From Azolla caroliniana (lineage: Eukaryota; Plantae; Polypodiophyta), in the NCBI GenBank assembly GCA_043228905.1, contig JBHGNT010000126.1:8682-72681 (forward strand): DNA of 64,000 bases, given 5' to 3'. The notes beneath the pieces are model-generated. The model was not told the DNA's origin. It worked only from the letters and a program-made list of their open reading frames with translations, and made no database searches. This document shows, piece after piece, positions 35,113 to 48,644 of the stretch (positions are counted from its first letter, which is position 1; the number at the start of each line of letters is the position of its first letter). Both the position numbers and the translations under genes were made by a program.

Positions 35113-38100
35113 ACATGTCTTTAAAAGCAGGTATGCATAATTCTTTCGCTTTTTTCTTCCATGGGTTTTAGCTTTTATGTTCTGGGTTTTAATAATTTCT
35201 CAGTCTGTTTTTAGTTAACATTTGTCCGATTCTGAAAATTGTGTTTGAATTCATTTGAGCAATAGTCTAAGTTATGTTTTCTTATATATGCTTATAGTCT
35301 TTTGAACTCCAGCTCAGTTTGTTTTCCTTGATCTATTAGTCAATTGTGCATTTGGTGTCCTTTTTACACTGTTTCTTAACTACCTTGTAACCTTGTTGAT
35401 GATGTCTCTGTTTTCTCAGTGCAACTGTTTTTGTGTGTCAAATCAATTCCAGGATAAGTTGGTCTTAGGGAAGCTGTATTATATTGAGAATCCTATGGGC
35501 CATCTTTCAAGCTACATGGGGAGGTTGTTTTGTTTTGGATCAGACAAGTTCTTTTGAAGACCAGGACGAAGTTTGTTGTGGTTATACTCCTTGTTTTGAA
35601 AAAAAAGATGATTTGAATTGGGCCACTTTCAGCTTTATGTCTCTTTTTTCTATATGTAGGAATTTTGATGGATTTTATATTTGCTGAACATGATGCTCTG
35701 TTGAGAGTGCATTCAAAGTTCTGCTTTAGTTAATGTCAAGATTGAGAATATTGTTTAGCCTCTCAATTGTATTGAAATTCTGTTTATGCTGTCCGATGTT
35801 GAGAATGCATATGTTGTGCTGATATAGTTCCTGACAAGATTGAGAATGTTGTCTTACATCTCAACTCTATTATAATTCTGTTTTTTGCTTCATAGGTGTG
35901 ATCTGTATTGGGCCTATAGAGTCCCTGTGCTGTTTTAAGCTATGAAAAAACAAGATTGAGACTTTTGTTCTTGTTTTGTGATTCTGTTTTTTGGTTTCCT
36001 GATTTATCTGAATTGGGCTGTGTAGCATGCTATGTGTACTGTCAGTTCTTATGTTGTCCAATTAGTTTGCAAAAGCATTTTACAAATTTTACAATTCAGG
36101 CTTCTTCTTCTATATTGTTCCGTCAACACATTTTTATGAAGATGTAGCAATGATATGCTGAGTTACTATTGGAAATGTGAAGGTTTGAAGATTGATCTGT
36201 TGGGTTTGTCTAGGATGTGTAAATAAAATGTTTTTAATGATAGAAATTGAATCAAGTTCAATGCCTGATCTTAATGTTCTTTGTTGGAAGATATTTTTAT
36301 TATTGGGAAACTTGTACTTACCAGAAATATTTTTTATGGTTCATTGATAAATATTGCCAATGTAATGATTGGATATGTAAATCTTTGTTGGTGTAAATGT
36401 TCCAAAATGCAATCAACTTTTGTTTATCAATTTGTAATGCATTATCTTACTAGCACACATTTTTGGTGCCTCTGTAATCAATCAATTTGGGGAACTTCAT
36501 TTGAGTATTATTATGCAGTTGCTTCTACAGGAAAGATGGAAGACTTGCTTGATCTTAGTCTTTCGACAGGACTCATGCCATTACAGAAGAATAGTTTTGA
36601 ATCATGATACAAAAAAGGAAAGATGGGTGTAAGAGTCTTGAATTGTCAGGTATGAAAGCGGATGATACGCCTGTATGATGTGAAACCAGCATATATCCTC
36701 AACCTAAGGATTTTGGAATGACAGTTGAACATTTGATATGCTCATGTGGCTGATGTGAAGAAAGCAAACCATATTTTGCTTAAAACAATTTTTTGAGCAG
36801 TCTAATTCTTCTCATATATGGCTAAATGGTTGTGTAATTATGTAGTGGTTGAATAATTTGTAATAATATGTTGGTGGGGGCCAGTTAATTGTTGACGTCC
36901 ACAAGTGGAATTATTTATTTTTATTTGCCAAGCTGGGGAAAATCCTATTTATTAGGTCAAATGTATTTGGACGCGTGATTCCTTCTCTCAACAATTTTGA
37001 TTGCATTTCCTCTCCTCGTGCAGCCCTCAAATCTTGATACTAGGCTTATTGATGTCACAATATCAAGAGTTCATGACGATTTCATCCTTTGTATATGTGA
37101 AAAATCTTTTGTGGAACTGCATCTGTTACTAATACGAACCACAGTTAGCTAACAGCTAAGGCCATTGGCTATAGGTATAATTTGACGACTTCTGCCTTTG
37201 TACATTATGAAATTTGTACTTTCTTTAACATTTTCTAGACATTCTTTAATGACGTAGTGTGTTTCCTGTATAAAGTTTCAATAGCAATCATGTCTCAAAA
37301 GCAAGTGGATAAAAAATAGATCTAGATTGATTACGAAATCTGAAACCTTACTGCATTAGTAGATTTAGTGTCCATTGTGATTAAGATACTTGAGTGTGCT
37401 TCTTAGCTATTTGTCTTCAATTTAATTACATGGACGCATAGTTGTTTTGTATGGTTATTTTGGTAGAATTTGATGAAGAAAAGGTATGTTGATATAGATG
37501 AAAGTTTGTGCACTTGTCAAATTCGATTGAAATTGTTTTTTTTGCAATAAAGTATTGAAAAGCTCTCAAGCTTGAACTATCAACCTACTTTTCATGCTTG
37601 CATGTACCGTCACATGTTAAGGGTCATCCTTTTTCCCTACAATCATGACATTGAATACTAGAATCATAAATTTCTAAGAGAACATTTGTAACTTAGCAAT
37701 TGGAACATTGTGAAACATTAGACAATTTCTATCTTGGGTGACTATGATATAACCACCAACTTTTCATTTGATCAAATAATTCATGACTTGATTGCAACAT
37801 ATGTCCAAATTCTAGTTTAACAACCACCCTATCGAAGCAATGGTATGTCATAAACTTTTCATACATTGTCAAGTGGAATATTTCACTTGCAACATTTGTT
37901 AAGGTTTGACCATGAGTATAATATCATTGACTAATGAGGAACATGCCATAGGAGACCCATGATTTGGGTGACAATAAATCATGTCATTGTCAATTGCATC
38001 ATGATGACTTTCAATGACCATGGCGTGGCTATGGTTTTTGCGCCCCTTGGGGATATGATCAACATTGAGTGATCATGTGTCCATGGGGTCATTGTTTCCG

Positions 38101-38136
38101 TGCCCAAAATCTATTGTCACGGACATTGATGATTAA

Positions 38137-38539
38137 CCGAGTTGAACTCCATAGGGGATGGTGGGTGGACATCACCCACACACTTGGTCTTGTTAGCTAC
38201 CCATCCAAAATCCTCACGCTTTGAGCGAGCCCTTTGAATGAGCATAGTCATTTACGAATACCATTGATCAGTTGCTCTTTTGATGTAGTTGGATGTGAGC
38301 AAACACAAATTAACCACTCATATGTGTTTGATGACACATGGGGGTTTCTTGAGCACATACATCTTTGTGTTTGCTCACATCCAATGGCATCAAGAGGAAC
38401 AAGGCATGGTTGATTGATGGCAATGGCAAGCGACAATGATCACTTGGAACACGAGAATATAGACGGGCAAGGCGGATGGCAAAAGATCAAACGTCGGGGT
38501 GACAAGCATGCAACATCCCCCTAGTGGAGTTAAACTTGG
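38137..38539. repeat. Long degenerate inverted repeat (foldback) with perfect 21-bp core
   Basis: TTGGATGTGAGCAAACACAAA (38289-38309) is the exact reverse complement of 38364-38384. The outer arms CCGAGTTGAACTCCATAGGGGATG and CATCCCCCTAGTGGAGTTAAACTTGG also pair. Confidence 0.8.
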
Positions 38540-39005
38540 GAGTTCGAAGCACAATGTTTTGATTCGAACAATATGCACTTGACTATTCACGTCCACATAG
38601 GCAATGCATGAGGTGTGTGTGGCCGGGTGCTACGCCAAGTTACCCGTAAGGCGCCAGACCTGGAGCAAGGGAATGAATTGTGACATGAGGCCAGAGGAAG
38701 GCCACTTACATACTTTGCTTGTTGCCTTGTAACATGGTGCGTGTGTTTGTTTGTGCTGTTTTTTTATTTCTAAATTTTAGTTTTGGGTTCTTATTTTTTG
38801 GTTTTTGTCTTTGGCTTTTCTTTCTTCTGCGTTTCTCTTCCATAGCTCTCTCTCGCTCGCTCTCTCGCTGCGCGCAGGTTTCTTGCTCCGCGATCTGCAC
38901 CCACCGAATACATCGAAGGACGGAAAATAGAAGAACAGAACAGGTCACGAGAGCGTCCGTACGAACGAACAGTAAATAAATCGGACGTTTTCTTTTTTAG
39001 AATCC

Positions 39006-42000
39006 ATGGCCTCGAATTCCAGAGAAGAAGAAGGAGCTAGCTCTTCTGCAGAGACGCCAAAGTTTGATCCTGCAGAATCTGTTAGCAGAGAGTGGCCTTC
39101 TTTGGAGACGATTGCTTCTTCTGCCTCTACGTCTCCCGCGTGGAATACTGAAGATGATGATGAATCTGGATCATGTGTCCCCGGTAAGCATCTTCGCTTT
39201 CTTCTCATTTCCTTTTGTCTGTAGGATGTTTTTTCTTTCCACAGTAAATTTTCATTTTTAGGGCTTCTGAATCTTCGCATGGTTCTGCATAGTAGATGCT
39301 TAAACCGCTTGTGAGAGGAGACTTTAGGCCTGGTTGATATCGAAAGACAGGAATTAATTTTTTGCAGATATGGCCAGAAACCATCGTGTTGAATTATTTT
39401 AGACTTTCCGACTCTTCTCACTGTGCTTTAAAGTGTATGTATTTGGAGACTTATGCCTGTTTCGAGTGGAATGCTTGGATGAAAACCTGTTTTGATGTGG
39501 TGCAAATCACTGTTTGCAAGGACTGTTGAGGTTGGATGGAAACAATTTCAGCTGATGTTGTACAAAATCACTAGTCACAAGAAAGTAAGAAGAACAATTC
39601 TTGGCAGGTCCACTGAGGGTGCAGAAAAACAAGCTCAACCGGTGTAGTATAAAATCATTTGTTGCAAGAAAAGTGTGGCAGACATTTTGTTTTGTCTACA
39701 GATGTGAGACAAATTTTGTTGTCGCAAGTAAAGTAGGACATCCAACTTCTTGTGCTGCCTATTGAGGTGGGAAAGTGACATATCAGATGATGTAGCACAA
39801 AAAAGTTAGTTGCAAGAAATGTGAGGCAAACAACCTTTGTATGGCTAGTTGAGGTTGGACAAGAAAAACATCGTCAAACAAGCAACAGAAGTGCAGACTC
39901 GGATCAAACCTAAGCGTCCCCGATTAATAGCTATGGCTATTTTGCAAAGCACTCCGATGTTCTTTTGTAACTTTGGCTTTGTGTGAGTCTGAATTGCCTG
40001 TCAGTGGTAATGGTGTATTTGACACGCATTGTTTGGAAAATATATCTTCTACTAAGCAGACAAGTCTCCTTCTCATACGTGATATCTTGTTTGAAAAATT
40101 TCCAACCATGAATTAAAGATTCAATTGTCATTGTGATGAACGAGGGCAAATTTCCTGTAAGTACTTTAATTCAAGGCAGGAGGCATGGTTTCTCTTTTAA
40201 TTCGATAGAAATGTACACCGTGCTCCTCGATTGTTAGTGGCATATGGCTTACTAGGTATGAGTTGACACAATAAAAGAGAAAGAAGAAGAAGAAATGGGT
40301 ACACCAAGGTGACTATGTGAGGCAGTGGATGGTCTTGCCCTTGAAAGGAACTGAAAGGCAGTAAAAGTGAAAACTGAGGTCTTAACTCTTACATCCCATT
40401 GATCAACACATTCTACACTCTAGGATAGAGAAAAACTGTAAAATAACAGAATATATGGTACCTCCTAATTTCCAAGCGTGTTTATTACTCAAGCTTTGTC
40501 ACAGTTTGCATTAATTGTAACATTTCCAAATGTAATAACCTCATTCACATGTCCTTGTAGATTTCATGGATTAGGCATTTATCCTAAATAATTCTGCAAA
40601 TTAATGCAAATTATAATAGCCATATTGTATATTTCTGGCCCTAATTATCCTTAATTGCACTTGATTCAAGATAATTGTCACAAGCTGTGTTTAAATGCTG
40701 GTATAGTAAGAGCTGTTTGTGGGGTTCTGCACATGTAAGATCTCCAGATAATCCGAGGAGTGGGACATTCAATTGAGATCTATAATCAGAAGCTTGAATG
40801 TTATCCTAACCATCAATGAGAATCTCTACCAAGCTAGATATTTCACAGAAAAATTTAAAATTTTCCTTTTTTATAGTGCAAGGCTACATCATCACAAGAA
40901 AGCCATATATCATTTACTTATCTGCAATATCTAAGAGAGGAAAATTTCATTGGTTTGGGTACATGATTATATTGTCAAACAATTGAGATACTATGAAGTA
41001 TGAAGCCATTCATTCTCTGTTAATTTAGTTCACCTTATGGCTTGTTTAGATCACTGATGATTCAGTAGGCATCTCTTCCCTTTGATGATCTTCAATCTAG
41101 GGTGTCCTCTATAACTTAATACAGGCTTGATTATCTACCATTTTGAGTTGGAATCTTACAAAATAGACAAATATGAGTAAAAGCCATTGTGAACTATTTA
41201 CAATATTTATCTCTTAACTTTGAATTTTAATTTTGTTTCAATTATTCCTTCCATGACGTCATTTTTGTGTTAAATTCTTTGTTAGGAACAAGACCGTCAG
41301 ATTTATATGGAAAATTTACGTGGAAGATCGAGAATTTTTCACAAATAAACAAAAGGGAGCTTCGAAGTAATTTATTTGAAGTTGGTAGCTACAAATGGTA
41401 AATATGAATGTAAATTTCTAAGAATTTGATAATAGTGATGCCTATATAGGAGAGTCATGCTTGAGAAAGGTATGCAAATTTTGAATGTTGCGGCTGTCTG
41501 AATATATCAAATATAACATTATCTTAGGTCTAGTCTATGACATCTGAATATATCAAGCATAGCATTATTGGCAGTATAATGGAAGGATTTAAATTTTGAT
41601 GATTATCAAACAAAGGTTGTTCTTTCCTGGTTTTGCACTAGTTTATACATTATATTCTATGTATAAAAGCATCAATTTACTTCGTTTATGCAGGTATATT
41701 CTTGTGTATCCCCAAGGTTGCGACGTTTGTAATCATTTGTCCCTCTTTCTCTGTGTTGCTGATTATGACAAACTGCTACCTGGTATGAGTGAACCTATGC
41801 ACATTTTAGATGCTTTGCCAATTCTTGAGACTGACGCAAAATTTAACATATCTGTGTAGGCTGGAGTCATTTTGCACAATTTACTATTGCTGTTGTTAAT
41901 AAAGACCCGAAAAAGTCCAAGTACTCAGGCAAGTTTTGAGAAGAGGCACATGTATATGGAATTAAATTTATTTTACAAATAGTCAAAGACATGCTCTATG

Positions 42001-45000
42001 TGTTTGATATTTTAACTGGGTCTAGAAAACAATTGGCGAAAAGTGGCATGTATCTACTCACACTCATGTATATATCGTGAAATAATTTGTTTCGCCAGAT
42101 ACATTGCACCGGTTTTGCAAAAAGGAACATGATTGGGGATGGAAGAAATTTATGGAGCTTTCGAAAGTGTTGGATGGCTTCACAGTTGCAGATACTCTTG
42201 TTATTAAAGCTCAAGTACAAGTAATCCGGTATGATTTCAGAATCAAATGTTTTTGTTCTGATGCTGTCATAATTATAATTCTCTGGGGTGATTCGGTTGA
42301 ACTAGACTCATGGCTTGGATATGAACTAGACTCATAGAACTAGACGCTGGGCTGACATTTTTTTAATCATAGAACTAGACGCATGGCTTTGATACGAACA
42401 CTGAGCAAGTAAAACTGACACTAAATGGATCAATATAATACCAATAGCAAACTGAATGTTCAGTAGAGTAACCTTTTATTTCTCCTTGCAGAGAAAACCC
42501 TCATCGTCCATTCAGGTGCTTAGACTGCCAGTACAGGAGGGAACTGATTCGTGTGTACTTGACCAATGTTGAAGGGATATGCCGTCGCTTTGTGGAGGAG
42601 AAACGTGAGAAGATTGGGAAGCTAATGGAAGATTCCTTGAGATGGTCCAGGTGTGTCAGTATTTGGATTTTTGATAGATAAAGTACTTTTCTTGTCTCCT
42701 TGCACATTCCGGGACTTTGAATTTAACTGTCAAATTAAGAAATGTCTCATAATTGTCTTTGAGCATGTAGATGACCCTGTGTTTTTAACCAGTTTATCGA
42801 CATTCTCTCTTGGATATCTAAGCATGATTTTTGTCGAGGGTTCCAACCACCAAGTGGAAACTTACTTTCTTTGTTTACTTCGATATGTGTTTGTGTGCAT
42901 CTTTCTTTCCTTTAGATTGGGCTTTTCCATTGTTTATTTATCATGACTTTCAATTCTTTCTTCCATGTCTTTCTCTCTCGATGCATAGAAGTCATTTGGT
43001 AAGTAGTCATAGGAGAGAAAATGCATGGCACATGTACTGAAATGTCTACTAAAAATGACTGATAGATTGTTAGAAATAAGCTTCTAATTTATCTGCTCTA
43101 TAAATGCTACAACAAGCCTACTTTTTGCTCTGATGTCAGCTGGTCCCCATCGAGGTTTAACAGTTGTTTTATATTCCATTGGGTGACTTTTGGTAGTTTG
43201 GTCAGCAGTACAGAGCATCTAGTGCTACTTGTACCTTTTACCTTGAGAAGACATGCATAAGCATTTCACTCTCCAGTCTAGAAACACTTAAAAATCATGA
43301 TTTTTCTTTGATACATTTTTAGGTCTAAAATTTCTCTTATACTTTATTGGGCAGCTTTCGAGTTTTTTGGTCAACAGTAGAGGAGAACATGCGCCGCCGC
43401 TTATCCCGTGAGAAGACAGACACAATCTTAAAAGCGATCGTGAAGTGTTTTTTCAATGAAAAAGAGGTTACCTCAACCTTGGTTATGGATGCTCTTTATA
43501 GTGGGTATCGAGCGTTGGATTACCGAAGTAAAAATAAAAAAGGAAAGATAAATGGATTTGAAGTGGAGGAAGCTCATAATCCTATTGTTTGGGTCGAGAA
43601 AGAGTTCTTTGTTCTTGCTGGTGATGTGCTTCTGCTCTTGGATCGTGCAGTAAATGAATCAATCCCATTCTACAAAGATGACAAGGGACCTCAAAATAGA
43701 ACTAAGGTAAACTGTGAACTTTATTATAGTAAATAGTACAACGAAGTTTCTCCGTAGCCAAGTCCTTCCAATGTACATTTTGTGTAGGATGTAAGCTCTG
43801 GAGATGATTTTGGAAAAGATAACCTTGAACGGGATGAAAGAAGGCTTACAGAGCTTGGACGACGAACAGTAGAAATGTTTGTCCTAGGTCACCTGTTCAG
43901 GTACTCAATCATGGATATGATCTTTGTTTTCTTAGTCTCTTTTACAAGTGGTTGCTAGCCTAATGCTAAAATGGTGAGAATCTCTTTTATTATCCTTAAT
44001 ATCACAATATATATAGTACGAATCATTCATTGTTAGAGCAATCAATATCAACTCTAGGCTAAATTTAATCTTAGCAGAGGTAATTATCATGCAGAGAGAA
44101 ATAAATCCATACTGATTTATTGCAAATAGTTGAGAAGACCATTATTAATATGAGATTTTGGTTTAATTTAACTTTCTGATCCATACATTTCACATGTAAG
44201 GTTGAGAGGTTCATTGTCACTATTTTTATCTATAGCCATTTTTTGTTAATAAACCATCTGGCATGTTCAAGTCTTACACTGATATCACTAATTTATTTGA
44301 TGCTACCGTAGAAAGGAAGTGTTGAACACATTCCTTCTGGTGTTCTTTGGCAACCTTACTAACTGAGCTACTTCCGTTTTATTTATTTAACTTTTGAGTT
44401 TTCTCAGACCTTGTGAAACCCTCATTTTTATTTATTTCCGTGGCTGTCTTTACTGTCTCCATATGTATGAAATTTATTTGATAGTTGATCGCATTCTTTT
44501 TACTTTTGTTTGAACAAACATTTTTCTCTTTGCTTTCAAAATTTGTGTATGATCTCGTCATAGTATTTTTTCATAATCTACATATCCTCATTTCAAGTAA
44601 TTTTTTATGAAAAAATAGGATGTTATTCATGATTTAGTTTTGTTTTATATTCTTGAAATTCAGATTTTGATTGTCATTCGGCTGTATCTAGTTGCATGTT
44701 AGAAGTAATAATGCAACAGTTATTTCAATATTGCAGTAACCGCGTTGAAGTGGCTTATCTTGAAGCAATTGCTTTAAAACGTCAAGAAGAGCTGATACGT
44801 GAAGAGGAGGCTGCAGAACAAGCAGAAATAAAACTAAAAGCAAGGCGGGAAGCTGCTGAAAAAGAGAAACGAAACAAGAAAAAACAGGTGTTTGCATCCA
44901 CATATATCAATATCCATCAAGCTAATGGAAAAGTGGCTTCATATAGTTGATATTGTATTGAATCAAAATCATGGTTTAATGTGTTCCCCAAATAATTCAG

Positions 45001-48000
45001 GCCATGTTTTCCAGTTGCCACTTATTTAGCTTTAAGTAATATCAATGTCATTGCTCTGTTTAATACATCTATAGAAGCTTTTTTCCTGTGTGTTATGAGC
45101 TTCACCATTGTAGGATGATGAATATATATGTACCATTAAGGCTGGACATTTAATATGAGCATAACGTTATGAACCAATTCTAAAGGCTAAGTTCAATGGA
45201 TTTAAGGGTAGGATAAGTGGTAAATCGGTTATATTAGGACTTGGAACAAACCCTTTTTGGAGCCTAGGGAGTTCAGCTATATAAAGAGAACTACCTACCC
45301 TTTTTGTTATGGCTTTTTTTAAGACAGTATTAAGACTCTGCTGGTGAGACAAAGCTTTCATATTTTGAATCTGATGCTAGCCAAATATGTTCAAGGCCAT
45401 ATTCAGTAGTATGGGATGCCAATTGGGTTTTTTATTTTCTTGACCTTTTCTCTGGAATAGTTGCTGTGGTTAATCACAGTTAGTTTATTATTTTGCCTTT
45501 AATCTTTTACTTAATTGTTTATCGTTAGCATCGATCATATATGGCACATGAACTGAGGTTACATTTTTGCATCGTGAGCAATCATTGTGAGTTGATGGGG
45601 GGAAGTGCATATGTCAGCTTTGTAGAGTTCTGACATAATCAAACTCATGCAAGGTATACTGATTTGAGTTTCAAAGGATGTTTGTGGTGGATCATAAAAC
45701 TATATGAGCAAGTGACAAAAAGAGTGATCTTGATTGAGCATATTAATTTTGTTCTCATAACTCTTCACTGTTCTTGTATGCTTATGCCTTTGCTGACATG
45801 GGCTTGAACTGCCCCATTTCCCCAATCTTGGTATATTTTGGTTGATTGAGCTCTTTGTGTATATGTTGCGCATTCTCGCAGTTCCAAATTCCAGATTAAA
45901 GGGATAAAATTTTTAGCATTTCTTTTGCTCCTTAATTTTGCGAAGAATATAGTACTGTATTTTGTTAATATCTTTGTGTTTCTTGTCTAATGATTTAGGC
46001 AAAACAAAGGCGAAACAGTCGCAAAGAAAAAGATAAGACTGTTGAAGTGAAGCATCTAGGAACACAAGAATTGAGGCAACAAGAAGATTCAACAAGCAGT
46101 AGAGCTACTGTAAGCTCCTTGTCAAAAGGAACTTCTATTATGGGGGATGATGATGATGATTCAAGTGTCCTGGATAATGTTGATGGTGTAGTGGGTACGC
46201 TGAGGCCTACTACAGAAGATATTTGGGAAAGGGAAGGGGCCGAGATGCATCAAGCAATGGAAGCAAGTTTCAGTGGAGGTTCATGTATAGACTCTGCTCC
46301 AAATGGCCAATCAAATCAGATACAGGAAGGTCTTTTAGATGACAGTTCATCTACATGTTCCTCAGATTCTATTTTATTTCACACTGCTTCAAATGGGCCT
46401 GGTAGAAAGAGGTCAAACACAAATATGGCAGATTTAAGCCCAGCATCCGCAAGCAGGTAACCATTTGTTTTTATGATATTTGTATAATGACGTTTTCTGG
46501 AACTATGTGGGTTATCAGTTTCCTGTATTGTGTAGCAGAGCACGTGGAAGGGTCAGTAATGAAAAGGACTCAAGTCAAGGTGAAACTGTTGGAGCGCTAA
46601 GGGGCAGATCAGGCAGTTCCAGTCGAACAGAGAACAGCTGTAACTGCAATACCGGCGATCCTGACACAGACACTGTTATTACATCCCTAAAGAAACGGGT
46701 GGAAAGGCTTCAACAGTGTCTTTTAGAAAAGGTGTCATGTTTGTCAATGAAAAAAGGAATTTTTGGTTTTTGGCTTGTACTCTGTATGGTAGTAAGATGT
46801 TTATTTATTTATTTTTGGGGCGGTGTCTGTTATTCCTATAGGAGGAGCTGGTTACAACATTACAGAAACAACTTAGTCATTATCAACATCAAGTTGGTAA
46901 TGATGGAGATGGAAAAGCTGGGGATGATGCTCAAGGACATGGTGATTCTGACAATGGTGGCACGGAATATATCAAGCTTTTGAAGAAAGATAATAAGCCT
47001 AAAGAAAACATGGAGAATGAGGGAAAGAATGTCGAGAAATATGCGATGAATCATATTGAAATATCCTCTCCTAAGAAGATTTACAATGCTCAAGCCAGGT
47101 TGACTAGTAGCACCTGTGAACAGAATGCTACTGAAACGCTTCGTTCTCTTAACCCTGCAGATTTTCCTTCTCTAACAAGTGCAGGGAAAGTGGATACACA
47201 ACTATCCAGGCCATCAAGTGCATCAAGTCTGCCAACAACTTCAAGAGTAACACCTGCAGGTTTTACTTCTGTAACAAGTGCAGCAACTGTGGATACTAAT
47301 ATTCCAAGGCCATCAAGTGCATCAGGTCTACCAACAACGTCAAGAGTAGTACCGGTTGTCTCACAACAATGGAATGAACCCCCACCTCTGTCACGGTCTG
47401 TTAGTGCCATAGACAGGCTAGGAGTGACAGTCACAGAGCCAGCATCGTCGTCGTCGTCATCATCATCATCATCTATGCAGCAAAACTCACCAGTCATTCC
47501 TTCTTACAGGAATGCTGCTGCAGGTATCATGAGAACCAGTAGCCCATTTGCGACATCAACCCCAATGGTCCCTCATGCTGATCCTGGCTTCCGAAATGAT
47601 TTGCAATACATGAACATGACTTTGCATGGAGGCTTACATCAGTCGGCAATACCTTATGCTGTTGCACAAAATGATGTAGCAATGCAGAAGTTCTTGGGTG
47701 GTTTTGGAGTACACACTGCTGCTACAAGAGATGAATCGAGATTTGGGGTCAAGCTATCTCGAAGTGAATCTGATATGGTTATGCGAACAAACAGAATTGA
47801 TACAATGGATGCTAGTGGAAATACGCAATCAGATTGTCAGCGAGAAAGAAGCTTGGGTTTCACTTTTGGCACAGTCACTCCCGAGATGCTACATTTACAG
47901 CAGCAACAAGAGAATCAGCTTAGCCACATGGATAATGGTCATTTTGAACAATTTTCCTCACAGAGTATGAGTGCAAATGTACTAGAACATCATTCTGTTC

Positions 48001-48644
48001 AGATGCATGATCCATGTTCTCCTTTGAGTGAACATCAAGAGAGCTTTTCTCAATGTGTTAATACATTGCAGGCCAGACATATAGGGGCAGAAATGGCTGT
48101 CTCTGGTTCAACAATGCCAGAAGAGTTCCCCCATCTTGACATAATCAATGAACTACTTGATGAGGATAAGATTCTCAGTGCAAAAGCATTGAATGCTTTC
48201 CTTAGACAGGCAGGTTATCAAAGCATTCAGTCTCCTGTGAATGTATATGATTATCAAAGGATGTACGCAAGTCAAATGGGATTGGATGTGAATCCTATGA
48301 TTCATAGTGGCAATGCTGCAGAGAGGAGTGATGCAGGCATCCATGTCAATGTTCCTCCATTCTCTAATGCTCCGGATGGCAGGGTCATTAATGGTCATGG
48401 AGATAACATGCACCTACAGTCATACACACTTTCTCCATTGCATTGTAGTGGATTATTAGAAGGCATGCCTGAACACCATTGGCAAGGTTCTCAAGGAGAC
48501 TTAACATCCATGAATGGATATCAAAATGATATGGATGTCTTGGTTGGCTATCCAATACAAACCCATGCTGGTATCCCAGATTGTCCTCCATATACACTAG
48601 GGCAGAATGGATATTCTATCTACTCCCAAATGAAGCATCCTTGA
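39006..48644 (+). CDS. MATH/TRAF-domain protein, TRAF1a/TRAF1b (MUSE13/14)-like, ~1268 aa, 12 coding exons
   Basis: Exons 39006-39183, 41286-41397, 41694-41782, 41860-41928, 42099-42228, 42492-42650, 43355-43706, 43788-43900, 44737-44887, 45999-46456, 46539-46731 and 46842-48644 give a continuous 3807-nt frame. Motifs: LYGKFTWKIENFSQINKRELRS, WYILVYPQGCDVCNHLSLFLCVA, KKEHDWGWKKFMEL, EAIALKRQEELIREEE and EEFPHLDIINELL. Confidence 0.95.

Noticed and set aside
47090-48597. Antisense and alternative-frame ORFs over the last MATH-gene exon
   Set aside because: They are shadow ORFs of a long coding exon with no independent support.
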